NCBI GenBank assembly: GCA_013265495.1
Contig: MU058451.1
Span: 541,023 to 605,022, forward strand
Direction: 5' to 3'
From: Vicugna vicugna
Taxonomy: Eukaryota
Length of the DNA: 64,000 bases
Shown: positions 1 through 13,340 of the stretch, one piece after another
How positions within the stretch are numbered: the first letter of the stretch is position 1
How the letters are laid out: every line of letters begins with the position of its first letter
Notes under the pieces: generated by a model
What the model was told of the DNA's origin: nothing
Databases searched by the model: none
Seen by the model: only the letters and a program-made list of their open reading frames with translations
Translations under genes and position numbers: made by a program

Positions 1-1278
1 CTGGGGCTTTAGTGAAAGATTCAAGCTCATCCATACATTTGGAAATTGTCCAGCATGGTGGCCACTCAAATGGATTAGCTCTGTAAAGTGGTGAATAAAA
101 GAAAAAGAAGAGAACAAATTTAGTCTTGGGGGTGCCCGTAATGAAGAGACTAAAGGGGGATCATGATCTCAACTATACATACAGCATTTAATAGCAATGA
201 TTTTCAGAATACTTTTGAAACAGTAATTTCCCATGAAGCCTCCATAAACTCTAGATGATGAAACTTTTAAAAGCTCCCAATATTCTTTCACTCTTTAATC
301 CTAATAACTGATTTATTTGAGGCTTAAATGCTATTGCAAGGAATGCACTGGTCCCAAAGATAGTATTATTAGAGATTGAAGTTGAAATTCATTAAAGTAT
401 ACTAAATGAGATAAGTAATAAAATAGGGGAGAGAAAAGGACAATAGTTATATTAAAGAACTGAATTCCAAGAAAAACCGCCAAGACTAGCTTCCAGGAAG
501 TCAAGGCAAAATGTGAACGTGGTGAGGTAACTAGATATTTGTCCCATGGAAAGCATTTGAAACATAGTTAATTACTAGTGTCACATGGATCCTCCCTAAC
601 CTGGATATTAACATGGGTCTTACATAGAGTCAGGGGAGCTGTGCATGTTTAAAAGTTCCCCAGGTGATTCTAATAATTAGTCAAATTTGACAAGCTCTAG
701 TCTAATAAAGGAAACAGTTCACAGGTGAGAAAATCTATTTTTTCTAGCTCTGAAATCTGAGAGATTTTGTTCCATGAACACTGAAGAATGTGGAATAATA
801 AAAGAGACAATGTCCTCAATAGCATTGAAAAGGAGAAACCAGGTAGGGATTTTATATGTGTGGATCTCACACTGACCTTTGACGAAATAAAACCCAACAA
901 CATAATACTAAATTATAATTCTGTTCATGTAAAAAAAGAACCATCTGCGTCAAATGGAAAAAAATTATATTCCTCGGTCATTTTCAGAAATTCTGATTCA
1001 GTAAATCTGGTTAAGGACCAGAAATTTGCTCATTTGTAATAAGCACCCCGGTTGCTAGTGATGAAAGTGGTTCAAGACCATATTTTTGTACCAAGAGACC
1101 GGATGGTTAATAATATTCCTTAGAGTTTCAGGGTTAGATATAAAATCTTGGGATATACCATTTGTGATAGATATTTTTGTTATTTTTGAAAATCGAAACA
1201 GGGGAAGAACCAGGATTAATCTACTTCCACAGAGTAGGTGGGGAAAACTTCTGTGGTATGAAACCAGAGAGCTGCTGC

Positions 1279-1413
1279 TTTTTTTTTTTTTTATGGTGGG
1301 GAAAAAGAGGTAATTAGGTTATTTATTTACCTTTAATGGAGGTACTGGGGATTGAACCCAGGACCCTGTGCATGCTAGGCATGTGCTCTACCACTGAGCT
1401 ATACCCTCCCCCC
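1279..1413 (-). mobile_element. tRNA-derived SINE (Vic-1-like)
   Basis: Reverse complement of GGGGGAGGGTATAGCTCAGTGGTAGAG...GGTTCAATCCCCAGTACCTCC...AACCTAATTACCTC with A tail; AGAGAGCT repeated on both flanks. Confidence 0.85.
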
Positions 1414-2701
1414 GAGAGAGCTTCTTTTAGTGAAAAATTTCTTCTGCCCTTTGGGGAAAACATTAAAAGCATAGGCTGCATCACATGCCAGGAGAATAGA
1501 TGTTGGTCTCATTAAAAGGAAGAAATGGATAATAGAATTGACATTCTGTTATCATAGGTGATGATTTAGCATTCTCAGCCTGCCATTTCCTTTCCTCTCT
1601 TATCCTCCAACACATTTTAAAATCAGTGTTTACATATTATTGCCTATGTAAAATTGCAGAATCAGATAGTATTTTGCAATTATTTCCTTCCTAGCATAGC
1701 CTTTTTTGGGAATCAATAATTGCCTCGTTTTTCCCCCACCAATGTGGTTTTCAATTAACTGATCGTTCTTTCAGTTGCTCAACCAGAGCTGTTGTATGAC
1801 TGCCAGCAGGTTTTTTTTTTCCCCCACTAAAGGCTCAACCATACCAGATAATCAATTCCATTTCCCCTGACCCTGAGATCTCTTTCTAAAGCCTCTACCT
1901 CCTTTTGCTCCGATCTGGAGCAGGCTTTGGGGACACCTTTGTGTTAGAACTCACTTTTGATATTTTTCTAGGTTGGATTTACTATTTTAATTGTGGGCTT
2001 TCCTTTTTCTTGTTTTTCTGGAGCACATTATCTAGCAATTCCCTAGAGAGAGGTGCATGGCAGATAGAATTTTTGAGCCCTTAATGCTCACAAGGTCGAT
2101 AGTTTGGTTGGTTATAAACCTTGACATAATTTCTCCCTCAGGTTTTGGAAGGTATTATGTCCTAATACCCACTGTTACACAGAAAAAGCCAGCACCATTT
2201 TGATTCATGCTCCCTTCTGAGTGATTCCAGCCCCCCAGTCCTTCCATCACTCCCATACCCTGGAATCTTTTAAGAGCTTCTCTTTACTCCTGATGTTCTG
2301 AAATTTGGCAATGGCATGACTTGATTGTTCTTGGTTGTTCTATCTTTCTTACATTGCTGGGCATGGAGTAGACCCTTTCAATGGAAAGACTCATGTCCTT
2401 CGGTTCTGGGAAATTTTTGTGTATTACTTCTTTGATATTTTCTGCCTGTTTTCAGTTCTGTTTTTCGGTATCCCCTATTACTTCGATGTTGTACTTCTTG
2501 GTTTTCTTTTAAAAAGTCTTCTTTTTTGTTTTTCATCTTTGATGTTGTTTTCCAAAAACTTTCTCAACTTGGTTTTCCAACCTATTTATTTTGGTTATAT
2601 ATTTTTATTTTCCAAGGCTTTTTCATAGAGCTACTTTTTATAGTACCCTGTTCTTGTTTTATAAATTATATTACCTTCTCTTATCTCTCTAAGGGTACTA
2701 A

Positions 2702-2866
2702 GAATTACAGGGAAATATATACAAGATCTTGTGGTAGCTCACAGTGAATAAGAATGTGACAATGAATATATGTGTGTTCATGTATAACTGAAAAATTGTG
2801 CTCTACACTGGAAATTGGCCCAACATTGTAAAATGACTATAACTCAATTTAAAAAAGTAATAAAAA
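2702..2866 (+). mobile_element. Young 5'-truncated L1 3' end
   Basis: ...caacattgtaaaatgactataactcaattt(A)n tail; TSD aagggtactaa/aaggatactaa. Confidence 0.75.
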
Positions 2867-4799
2867 AGGATACTAATAATTAAAAAAAATTTTTTTTCTA
2901 CAGTCTTTTTTCTTTACTCCTGCTTGTTTTGCATCTTCCTGATGACATTTGGATTTCTGTTTATGTTAACAGATACTGATTGGAAACTATATATGTGTGG
3001 GTGGGGGTATGGGAGGGTTTGTCAAATTGTAGGCCTCACTGGAGATACGGCCATTGCGTTGGAGAACCCACATATAACTGTATGTGAAAGTTTTTTTCTC
3101 TCTAGATTATTTACTTTCTCCTGAGATGAAATTTCTAGTCTTCTACCTGGCATTCATCTATTTGGAAGCCACTGTTCTGGGGAAAGGTGGGAAAAGGGGA
3201 ATGGAGATCTACTGTTCTAACTTTCACTTAATTTTTTTTTTTCCAGCTTTTCGCACTGGATGAAACTTTGGTCTCTTCTTTGGGGTGGTGGTTGGCTGAC
3301 TGTTTAGCGCATATAAGCTTTCACCAATCCCACTTTTAGAACAGAGCTGTACCCCCACTTTCTGCAGAACCTGGTGCTGCCAAGTTCTAATCTTCTCAAA
3401 GGGTGGTTAGGGTGAGCCGGCTCCCTCCCCTCCTGCAGCGATTTTAGTCTATAGTTTTATCACTTCCCTGGCTCCATTCGCTGTCTTTCAAAATTAGGTT
3501 AAGATCTCTGCAAACCCCTCTTGTGCTGTCTTCTCAGGCTTGTACCTTTTACTATTATGTTTTATCTGTATCTCTGTAAACTTAATATATACTGTTTTTT
3601 ATTGGGTCTTGGAAAGGAGTGGCAACAAACATGTGATCCATCAGCCACAGATTGGCAGTACCTAAGAATTACCTTTTCAAAGAATAATGCTTAATGGGCT
3701 TTGAAAAACTGCCTACAATGTTAATGGCTTCTAATGTGGATTTGTTGGAGTCAGGATTTTAGCATTTTCGAGGAATCTTTCAGGATAAAATTGGTAATCA
3801 ACAGTCACTTTGTTGAAAATTTAATGTGATGTTATATAATAATGGATAAAATAAACACAAATAGCACATAAAATTTAATCCTATTGACCGTCCCTTCTTG
3901 GATACCTCTCTTGGTGGCTGTCACACCACTCTCCCAGTGATTATCCCATCCTTGATCAAGCTTCCTTAAATCTTCCTTGCTCTTTCTCTTCCTGCATGCC
4001 CACCCGAAGGTCTACACATTTACCTGTTGCTTTCATTGCAGCCTCAGTGCTGGGACTTCCTACTTTCTCTCTAACCCTGACCGTTAGCATCTCTGTAGAT
4101 TGGGGTGCAAATCAGCTTTCCATCTTCCCCGTGGGCATGTATCTCCCCTCTGCTCTGGGAGACTAGCTCAGTAGATCCTGTAAGACAGACTTGGGCCTTT
4201 TATTTTGATTAAAATGTTTTATTATTTCTATTTTGAATAAGCAATACATTCAAATAATTTAAAAGTCCAAAGATGTAAAAGGGTAGACTGTGATGATTCC
4301 AGGCTCATCCCTTGTCCCTCAGTTACCTGTAAGTTCTCCTCCTGGGAGGTAATCAATGTTACCAGTTAAAATTTTTTGGGGGGGTAATTTTTAGAAATAT
4401 TTTCTCCATACACAAGTAAATATACTTACACATGCCCCTCCCCCATTCTCCATTTTAATTCCAGATGTTTTTCAAAAGGTCAAGCATCGATGTGACTGGA
4501 ACTAAAAATTTCACAATCAGTATTTCAAATATTGAATCTCTTTCCCCCTTCCAAAACAAAGAATCCTTTTAAGCTCTGCCCAAAGTGAAAAGAGGGGAAA
4601 GACTGATGAGTTTTCCTGCCGCAACAATGCCTGGAAATCGGTAGCAAGATTCACGCTGGTGCATGGTGCTGGTGAGCAAGAGAGACCCAGAAATCCAGCG
4701 CTGGCAGAACAGGAGTTGGCCCAGTCAGTCTGTGAGCTACCGCAGAGGGCTCTGATTTATTTATTACCTATTTCACACACCCTGGAAAGAAGGGAAAGC

Positions 4800-5290
4800 T
4801 ATTCAGTAAGGACTCAATACTGGTCCAGGATCCTCCTCTGACTCTCTTCTCCAAGTGAGAAAAGATCTCACCCACTCTGACCACAGGGGTAGGCACGGGA
4901 CCAAAGCTGGGCCAAATCTAGTACCTCAGGTTTCCTTGACCACAGGGACTGGCTTAAGGACTGGGTCAGGAGCCAGGATAAACCAAGAATCCTTCCCCCT
5001 AGGATTTTCCAGACTGAAGCTGGAAGAACCAGCTTTCCTGGCTGGTTGTGAGTGGTTAGGATATGAGCCCAGGGCTTCCCGTAACCACGACCCCCACGAT
5101 GTGAGGAAGCCAGTCTGCTGTGGGAGCTCTAACCCAAAGGGGGAGAAAAAGAGGGACATTTGGGGTTGTATTGATGGGATCCAAATCCTCGTTACTGTTT
5201 ACTCTTCTCAGGTTGGTTACAAGTGCCAACCAACTTCTCTTTTTGCTTCCACTAGTTGAAAATTAGTTTTTGTTACCTGCAACAAAGTAT
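4800..5290 (+). mobile_element. Old MaLR (MLT1-type) LTR relic
   Basis: MLT1-like 3' end ...ctagttgaaaattagtttttgttacctgcaacaaag; boundaries approximate. Confidence 0.45.
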
Positions 5291-7254
5291 ATCCTATCTA
5301 GTTAGCCCCATTCTATGTATCTAAGTGCTTACTAGGCATCTCCCTCTGATGTTCCTTGGTATTTCAAACTCACATCTATAGTACAGTGTGCATCGTTCCT
5401 CCCTTCCCCACTCTACCTACCCCACTTTCTGTGCTCCCTCGTCCTGGCTAGCAACCCAGCAACTATGGCAGCTGCTTAAAGCCAGAAACCTCCAGCTCTA
5501 CTGGACTTCCTTTCCACCTGATCCCCATCCCTCAAGACCTAATCAGCCTCTAAGTTCTGTTTCTCTTCTTAAATATTTCTCAGATCTGTTACCCTGTCTT
5601 CTACTACCTTTGAGACTCTTTTGACTTCTTTTTTCCTTCTCCCACTGTATTGAAAAGGCCATCTCAGAATGCTTACCCTGCTGTACTGCCTCTGCTGAAT
5701 GGGGTACCCTTCTGATAAAATTTCCTGTGATCCTCCTGGTCCCAAATGATTGGTCTAGAGCAGTTACCATAAGGCCTGATCAGTAACGTGTAAGACAGGA
5801 TGGCAGGAAAGCTCTCAGAAAGGGACACGGAAGATTAATTACACCAGTTGGGTCCTCTTCTGTGAAAACTGAATCTGAGACAGCTAGAGGGCTGCTCAGC
5901 GGTTGCAAAACAGAAGCTGAAGATTTATAGAGAGAGGGCAGAGGGGTGACAAGGAGGATGTAGAAACTCTTGAATAAGCAGAAAATGGGTAAGTAGAAGC
6001 TATGAATAATCCACAACTCCTGGGTTATTGAACAGAGGGTAACATAATTGGCTGGAGTGACAGAAACAAAAGGAAGAACAAATGTATTATAGTGGTTGGG
6101 GAAAAACTTGCTGTTGAGGAAGCAACAAAATGATACTAACCCTGCCCTGGACCACCGCCCACTTTCCAGTTGCTAAGTTGTGTTACTCCAGCCTGTGTGA
6201 AGCATGGCTGGATGACAGTGCACTGGCTCCTGTGACTTTCCTTGTTTTCAGGAGATGCTTCTCAGCCCTGTGACCTCGACCCACAAATACTATTCGATAT
6301 AGTCTGGTTATGTAAATTAGTTCCTCAACCACGTGATGCTTTGCCATATCTCTGTTTACGTGCATACACTATTTCTTCCAACTGGAACGAGTCTTCTCAT
6401 CTCCCAAACGCCCCTAACTTCATCACCTGGCTGCCACTGACTCAGCTTTCAAGACTGGGCTTAGGCTCCTCTAAGCAGCTTTCTGTAACCCAACCAGGTT
6501 ATATATACACTCCTCCTTTACTCCAAACAGACTTACTGATAACTGCATATTGTAACTGTGTGTCTCCACGACTAGAATTCGAGCTTCTTTTGAGAGCTGA
6601 GATGCTGTTTTGTTCCCCTTTGTACCCCCAGGGCCTGGCCCAGAAACCACACAAAGCAGATACTTAGTTAACACCGTGTTTTTTGTTAAAGCTCAGTTGC
6701 CTAGACTTTAAATAACCAAGTTTAGTAACCTCCCATTATCAGCCCTTTCAGTAGATCCACTTGCAGCTTGAAGTGTGCTGTGGTGCCTTTAGAAAAACAG
6801 TGAGTCCATGGCTTTGTGCATGTGGTTCCCCCAGTTCAGAATGCCCTTCTCACCCCTGTGTCCTAACTTCTTCCAAGAATGGAAGTAGGGAGACCAGAGT
6901 TAAGGGTTGTTGTAGTAATCCAGGCAAGAGAGGATGATGGCCTGGACTAAGAAGTATGGATGGAGTAAGATACTGATAAATCCTAGAAGTGCGATGGTCA
7001 GGAAGTCCTTGGTAGAGAACTCGGTATGAGATGGGGGAGCACATCAGGAGTGACTACTGGGTTTTCTGCTTTGATCAGCTGAATGGTGTTTTCATTTAGA
7101 GAGACAGGAACGAATGGAGAGACAAATAAGAGGTAACTAAACATTTACATATTCATAGACTCAGCTTTCTTGTCTAAATTCTGTGGATGTGTGCTATACA
7201 TAGGGATGGGAGTACTGGTTTTTCTTTTCTGGTGTTGGTGAGGATACTTAGTTA

Positions 7255-8090
7255 TTATTTTTTAAATTTGCCATTTTGACCATTTTTAAGTGTATGTTCA
7301 GTGGCATTAAGGACATTCACTTTGATGTATGTACAATCATGACCACCATCTATCTCCAGGACTGTTTTCATCTTCCCAGACTGAAATTCCTTACCCTCTA
7401 AACAACAGCTCTCCATTTCTCCCTCTCCCTTAGCCCCTGGCATCTACCACTGTACTTTCTGTCTCTATGAATTTGACTAGTCCAGTCGCCACATGTAGGT
7501 GGAATCATACAGTATTTGATCTTTAGTGACTGGCTTATATCACTTAGCATAATGCCTTCACGTTTCATCCAGTTGTAACGTGTCAGAATTTCCCTTTTTT
7601 AAGGCTGAATAATATTCCATTTACATATATACAACATTTTTTTTGTTGTGGACACCTGGGTTGCTTCCACCTTTTGGCTATTTTGAATAATGGTGCCCTG
7701 AACCTGGGTGTACAAGAATCTGTTCAAGTCCCTGCTTTCAGTTTTTTTTTGGTACATACCCAGAAGTGGGATTGCTGGATCCTATGGTGATTCTGTTTTT
7801 TTGAGGAATGACGACTGTTTTCCACAGCAGCTGCACCATTTTACATTCTCACCAGCAATGCACAAGGGTTCCAATTTCTCCATATCCTCCCCAGCACTTG
7901 TTATTTTCCATTTTTTTGGATAATAACCATCCTAATGGGCATGAAGTGGTATCTAATTGTGGTTTTAATTTGCATTTCCCTCATGATTAGTGATGTTGAA
8001 CATCTTTTCATGTGCTTACTGGCCCTTTGTATGTCTTCTTGCGACAAATGCCCATTTTTGAATTGGGTTGTTTGTTTTTTGTTGTTGACT
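7255..8090 (-). mobile_element. Old L1 (L1MA/MB-type) 3' fragment
   Basis: Reverse-strand L1 3' motifs (cccagaagtgggattgctggatc; gtggttttaatttgcatttccct). Confidence 0.8.
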
Positions 8091-8519
8091 TCACAGTTAT
8101 TTTGTAATATGCAGTGGTTTCAGGAACACAACTGGTCTCCAGTGTTTAGAATGGTATGAAAGTGTTAGGGACCTTGGGAGAAGGGGCAGGAAGTGGTAAT
8201 GATGGCAGAGAAAGTTTTTATAAAGAATTTTAAGTTTTTAAGGAAGATTAAAGAAAGTATACTCTCAGAATTCTGAGTTCATTTTTGTATTGTCATTTGG
8301 CAACCTTCTGGGTTAAATAAGCATTGGTTGGCTCCTTTGAACCTAACCACTATTTGAAAACACTACTTATATTAAAAAATGCCCTGTCTTATAATCTTCC
8401 AATTTAAAAAAACTGTTGGTATATAATTCACATAGATATTGATGATTGTTTATATACTAAAACCTAAAGGTGGCAAGTAAGTTGGTTGTGCTAATGGATT
8501 ACAGAAATTATTTCTCTAC

Positions 8520-9118
8520 AACATCTTTAATTGGGAATTTAATATTTTTCTATTACCAAAGTTGATTTACATGAATCATTTGTGGAATTCCATTATAAGA
8601 AAATATACCTGATACAGAGCTGTAGAACTGATACATAATCATGATGTAATTGGTAGGAACATGAAAACAAAGCTGTTAGCTACAGATTTAGACAAATGCT
8701 GCAGAAAGGAGGGATTGCATTGAAATCTGTGCTGTTCACTGAAGCAGCTAGAGAAAACAGTATTATTGAGCACTGATAATAGATAAAGACTATTTAAATA
8801 CTATCTAAGAATACTATCCTGTTTAAATTACATACATATTATTACTTTAAAAGAAACTGTTTTATTTTACCTATTGAAAATGGATAAACTGTTGGATTTT
8901 GAATTTTTGGTAAAATGTTGTAAGAACCAGGTTAGATAAACGGCCAGTAGTACAGGTGTAAAATGCAATTTTAGAATAAATATGATGCTATTTTAAAGTA
9001 CAGCTATGTTTATTTTTAATGTTCTACACTCTATATTCTTTGTAAATAATTCACGGTTAACAAAACATACATACCATCCTCTGAAAACAAAACAATAAAA
9101 GCTTTCATTCATCTGAAA
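8520..9118 (-). terminator. LACTB2: LACTB2 3' UTR with candidate poly(A) signals
   Basis: Minus-strand AATAAA at 9009-9014 and 8861-8866, ATTAAA variants near 8526-8543; the site used cannot be determined from sequence. Confidence 0.55.
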
Positions 9119-9162
9119 CTAAAGCTGAGCTTTCCATTTCTTGTCAGGATCCACATTGCTAA
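9119..9162 (-). CDS. LACTB2: LACTB2 exon 7, coding part (44 nt; FSNVDPDKKWKAQL*)
   Basis: Acceptor ccacag|; TAG at 9121-9119; 122+164+127+179+149+82+44 = 867 nt = 288 aa + stop. Confidence 0.95.
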
Positions 9163-9818
9163 CTGTGGAAAGAAAATTAGAGAGTAAAAATTTAACAACA
9201 GAAAAGCAAATCACTAGATTTTAAGTTATCTTGTAGCTAGAAAAAGCATTAACTCCTAAAATAATTCTGTTGCTCAATACAAAGCTGGCTTTTGTGTGTG
9301 TGTGTGTGTATTTATATATAAAAACATTGCTGAAGCTTCTACACAAAATCCAACTTTGAACCTCTAGATTTTAAGGCTCTAACTTCTAAGACTATTAATT
9401 TGATGAATTAATGTCACATTAGTAAACAGTTATAGAATTACTGTTTTAATTTCTTTGACTTTACTACTGCTGAACCTTTGGCCAGTTCCCAAATCTTCTA
9501 CGTGTAAAACTCTTCGTGGCCATGTGGTCTGGGAGTGGAGGAGCTATCTTCCTGCTATAGGCCTGAGGCTGTCATTCTGGTGGGTGAGGACTGGAACCCC
9601 CACACGGGATTCTGATCCCCGTGGGAGCTTTTGCTCCTATTTGTGGTCCACTGGCCTTTCAAAACTGACCCTTTCTAGTGCCCGTCTCTCCAGTTTACAG
9701 TGACATTCCAGGGAGACCTCCGGTGGGTGGTGTTTTTCCCCAAAGGAAACTAGTTCATTTGTTAAAAAATATTTTAAATTGTGGTAGTAAAAGAACTGAA
9801 ATTTGGTAGAATACTTAC

Positions 9819-9900
9819 ATATTTTTCCTTCTTTTTCTAATTTTTTCAAATGAAGCAAGACATTATGTTGGGCCATTTGATGTAAATACTCAGGAGTATT
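9819..9900 (-). CDS. LACTB2: LACTB2 exon 6 (82 nt; [27 protein letters not shown])
   Basis: Acceptor ttttag|, donor T|GTAAGT; overlaps ORF 9637..9876. Confidence 0.96.
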
Positions 9901-11944
9901 CTAAAAGCAAAATGAGTGACAGTAAAACATTTCTTTTTTAGAAAAGAACAGAGCTGATCTTTTTGAAACTTTTAAAGAAAAAATGCCAAAGAAGAAAATT
10001 TTAACTCAAATACATTTTTATATGGTAACAATCAAAACAATTTCATCTTGTACATGCCTCGCTCCAGGTCACTGTATTATGAGAAATCTATTTATAGATA
10101 AAATAGACGTAAGCTCCGTAAAGACAGTAGTGTATCTGTTTTGTTCACTACTGAATACCCAGTGCTTGGCAAAATGGCACACAGTGGGAACTCAGTATTT
10201 TATTAATGAATGAATAAATAAATGTAAAAATTATTCTAGATAGTTTTGCTACAGACAATTGGCCCAATGGTTTATTTATTAGGTTACATGATAAGATCTT
10301 TGCACATTTTTATAAAATTATATGTATTTCAAGCTTAAAATTTATCCTTCCCCAGACTTCTGTTAAATACTGATGTTTATAGTGAATTGTATCACTGACG
10401 TGCTTCTCTTTTTACTCAACCTGTTTGCCACATCAACATTATGAATTAATGATTCCCAAGTATAAACCTCCAACCCCAAACTCTGCCTTAAGCTCCAGCA
10501 CCATGCATTATATCCACCAGCGTGATTTTCTAGATCTCATTATGTGATTTCCCTGCCTAAGATCCTTCAGTGGTCATTCCCAGCTTATTGGCTGAAGCCC
10601 ACATTTTTTAGCATGGCAACCAAGGGCTTCCCATGACCTGCTCATGCCTGCCTTTCCCACCTCATTTCCTGGGACCCCTGACCCCTTTCCCACCCATCCA
10701 CAATATGCATTCTGGCCTCCAGTCGAATGCATTTTCTTTGTGGGTTTTCAAACATGCACGATGCTTTTATGACTCCCAGTGTTTGAATACATCTTTCCTT
10801 CTGTCTAGAATGACTTCCCTTCCCCTGTACTCTGGCCTGGGGAATGCTTACTCCTTCAAGATCTAATTCAATAGTTAAGTTTCTGAAGCTTTTTCAGACA
10901 AGCCTCATCACCCTGCATCTTCACCAGGTAGACCTGATTCCTCTTTCCTTTATGCTGTGACATACTGTGTATAGGCCTTGGAGGAAGCTTGGAGTGACAG
11001 AAAACACAAGATTTGAGTACCTGACTTCTGACATTTGAGTATGTGACAGCTAATAGTTTTGTGCCCTCAGAAAAATTATTTGGCTCACACTTTTTCTGTC
11101 AGTTTTTTTCTTAACCTGTTAAGTTGGAATAATAGTATCTTTATCTAGTGAAAATTCAAGGTACTTGAAATTAAGTACCTCAAATTACTGTTGTAAATGT
11201 GATGCATTTAGTACAGTGTCTAACACATAATAACGTGCTCAAAAAATGGGAGCTATTATGAAAGAGCCAGTACTACAAGTATCCATTGAACATGTCTGTG
11301 TTCTCTAAACTGTGAGTCCTTCAAGGGCAGGGATCTGTAGTCATCTTTGTATCTCTGCACCTAGTCCAGTACGTGGCACGTGAGGGCATTCAGAAAATTC
11401 ATTCCGTGTGCGGAATGAATAAATGTCTCTATAATGCCGAATGCCGTTCTGTATGCAACAGGTGCTGCGGACATACGCACAGTGAACACACCTCTGAATG
11501 CAGATCCAGCATGTTGCAGGCACACACCTGCACACTTGGATGACTCACCTGTGAGGGTTATCAGAGAGTTCTGCTGTCTGTACTTAAGTTAGGAAAAACG
11601 ATCAGTGTATCAGTGTATCGTCCAGTGGCTTTACTGGAGCATTGAGAGGAAATGAAGTCTTCCACAGAATTTAAATATTTACATTACCCTTTTACTCCTG
11701 GCACTTTTCATCGTCAGCCCTTTTACTCATTCATCCCTTCCTTGTAATACAAAGAGCACTGAGTATGAGTTAACTGGTTTTGGATAACTTAGGCCTATGG
11801 GACATGAAGGTCCTTTACTAACTGAAACTGGCCCAATTCCTTTTCAAGCTTGTCTTTAGTTAGGCTCTCAGGTATCTTATGGCTGTAGTTGTGGCAGTGG
11901 GAGTTTGAAAACCTAGGTAATCTTATTCCAAAGCCTACATTCTT

Positions 11945-12090
11945 TTTCTCTTTTGGTGGTGGTGGGGATATAATTAGGTTTGTTTATTTATTTATTTTTA
12001 CAGCCGGCACTGGGGATTGAACCCAGGACCTTGTGCATGCTAAGCATGCACTCTATCACTTGAGCCATATTCCTCGCCCCTCCCCACCTG
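11945..12090 (-). mobile_element. tRNA-derived SINE (Vic-1-like)
   Basis: Same family; B box GGTTCAATCC and ACCTAATTA tail; degenerate TSD aaagcctaca/aaagcttacc. Confidence 0.8.
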
Positions 12091-12709
12091 CAAAGCTTAC
12101 CTTCTTAACCCCAAAGCCATACTGCCTACACAGCAAATACCTAAGAAACATGTGCCAAGAAACTGAATTATACTGGTCAACTGCTACAGGGATGTGCTCA
12201 GAGGCCCCTGAGTGAGGGGCTCTTCCTCTACGTATGGAACGACTCCATGCATGCTCTTCTTCATGCTCTTTCTCCTTTTCATCTACTGGTAGGCATTGCT
12301 ACTGCTTCTCACTGCTGTAATCCCAGGATCAGTCCCTGGCAGATCACCCCTTCTCACTTGCTGCAGGTTGGGACACTGGATAATCAAGATGACTAGAATA
12401 ATACATAAGTCATAATAAAGCTTATTCATCAGGTTGTTGGCAATGGTCTCTCCCTGCCTGAGCGAAGTATGAAAGCCTTAATTAATGGCTCAGAATGGTT
12501 ATTTTTGTCCTGCAGGCTGGTGTTTATCTGACTTCTGTGTTCTAGAACATTGAGCTTACTGGTCTCAAATCTATACAAGTGACATTACTTATGAAACTAA
12601 CAGACTCATTCTGCTCTGGGATGTGATGAGTTTACCACATCTGCAGTCTACTGAATAGATTATTCTATTACAATTGTGGCTATGTACAAGTAAAATAAAC
12701 GAAAATTAC

Positions 12710-12858
12710 CTTGTAAATAATTTTTACAAGGTCCATTGCTGTGAATGATTTTTCAAAGTTCTCATGAAATACTGTAAGAATTTGCTGTTCTCGGATATTT
12801 CTGTGAGAAATGTATTGTAGAATTTTAGCTTCGGCATCATGGATTACTGGGCCATGTC
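12710..12858 (-). CDS. LACTB2: LACTB2 exon 5 (149 nt; [50 protein letters not shown])
   Basis: Completes the PGHG motif across the junction; acceptor attcag|, donor AAG|GTAATT; ends in phase 0. Confidence 0.96.
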
Positions 12859-13139
12859 CTGAATCAGAATAATTATAAAAATTATTTCAACCAGATAAAA
12901 AAATTAAGTATAACTTAAGTTAATTCATTGTTTAAAAATAATTCATATAATATATTGAAAAAGCATACTAAACACATAATAAATTATTTGGAAAACTATG
13001 CAGGTAAGAAGAGATTTAAAAATGACATACAATGCCAAAAAACATTAGAGATATATCAAAATCTATATACAATATGTTACTTTGTTCATTAAAAATAGAA
13101 AATAAATACAGCAATAAAACAGTAACTACAACAGTAAGA

Positions 13140-13340
13140 CAAGTAATACTGAGTGTCCATGATTTGCCAGATACTGCTCTAAATGCTTAATATATGTTAT
13201 TCTTACAAGAATCCCAGCAGTTAGGTACTTTTATTATCCCCTTTTGACAGCAGAAACTGAGGCATAGGGAAAATAAATAATCTGCCCACAGTTACATAGC
13301 TAAGAAGCTGGGATTCTGACTCGGGAGCTTTTAACCACTT
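13140..13340 (-). mobile_element. MIR SINE
   Basis: ttattatccccttttgacagcagaaactgaggcataggga core. Other MIRs at about 11000-11260, 13620-13810, 37410-37630, 43580-43800 and 50450-50730. Confidence 0.7.
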
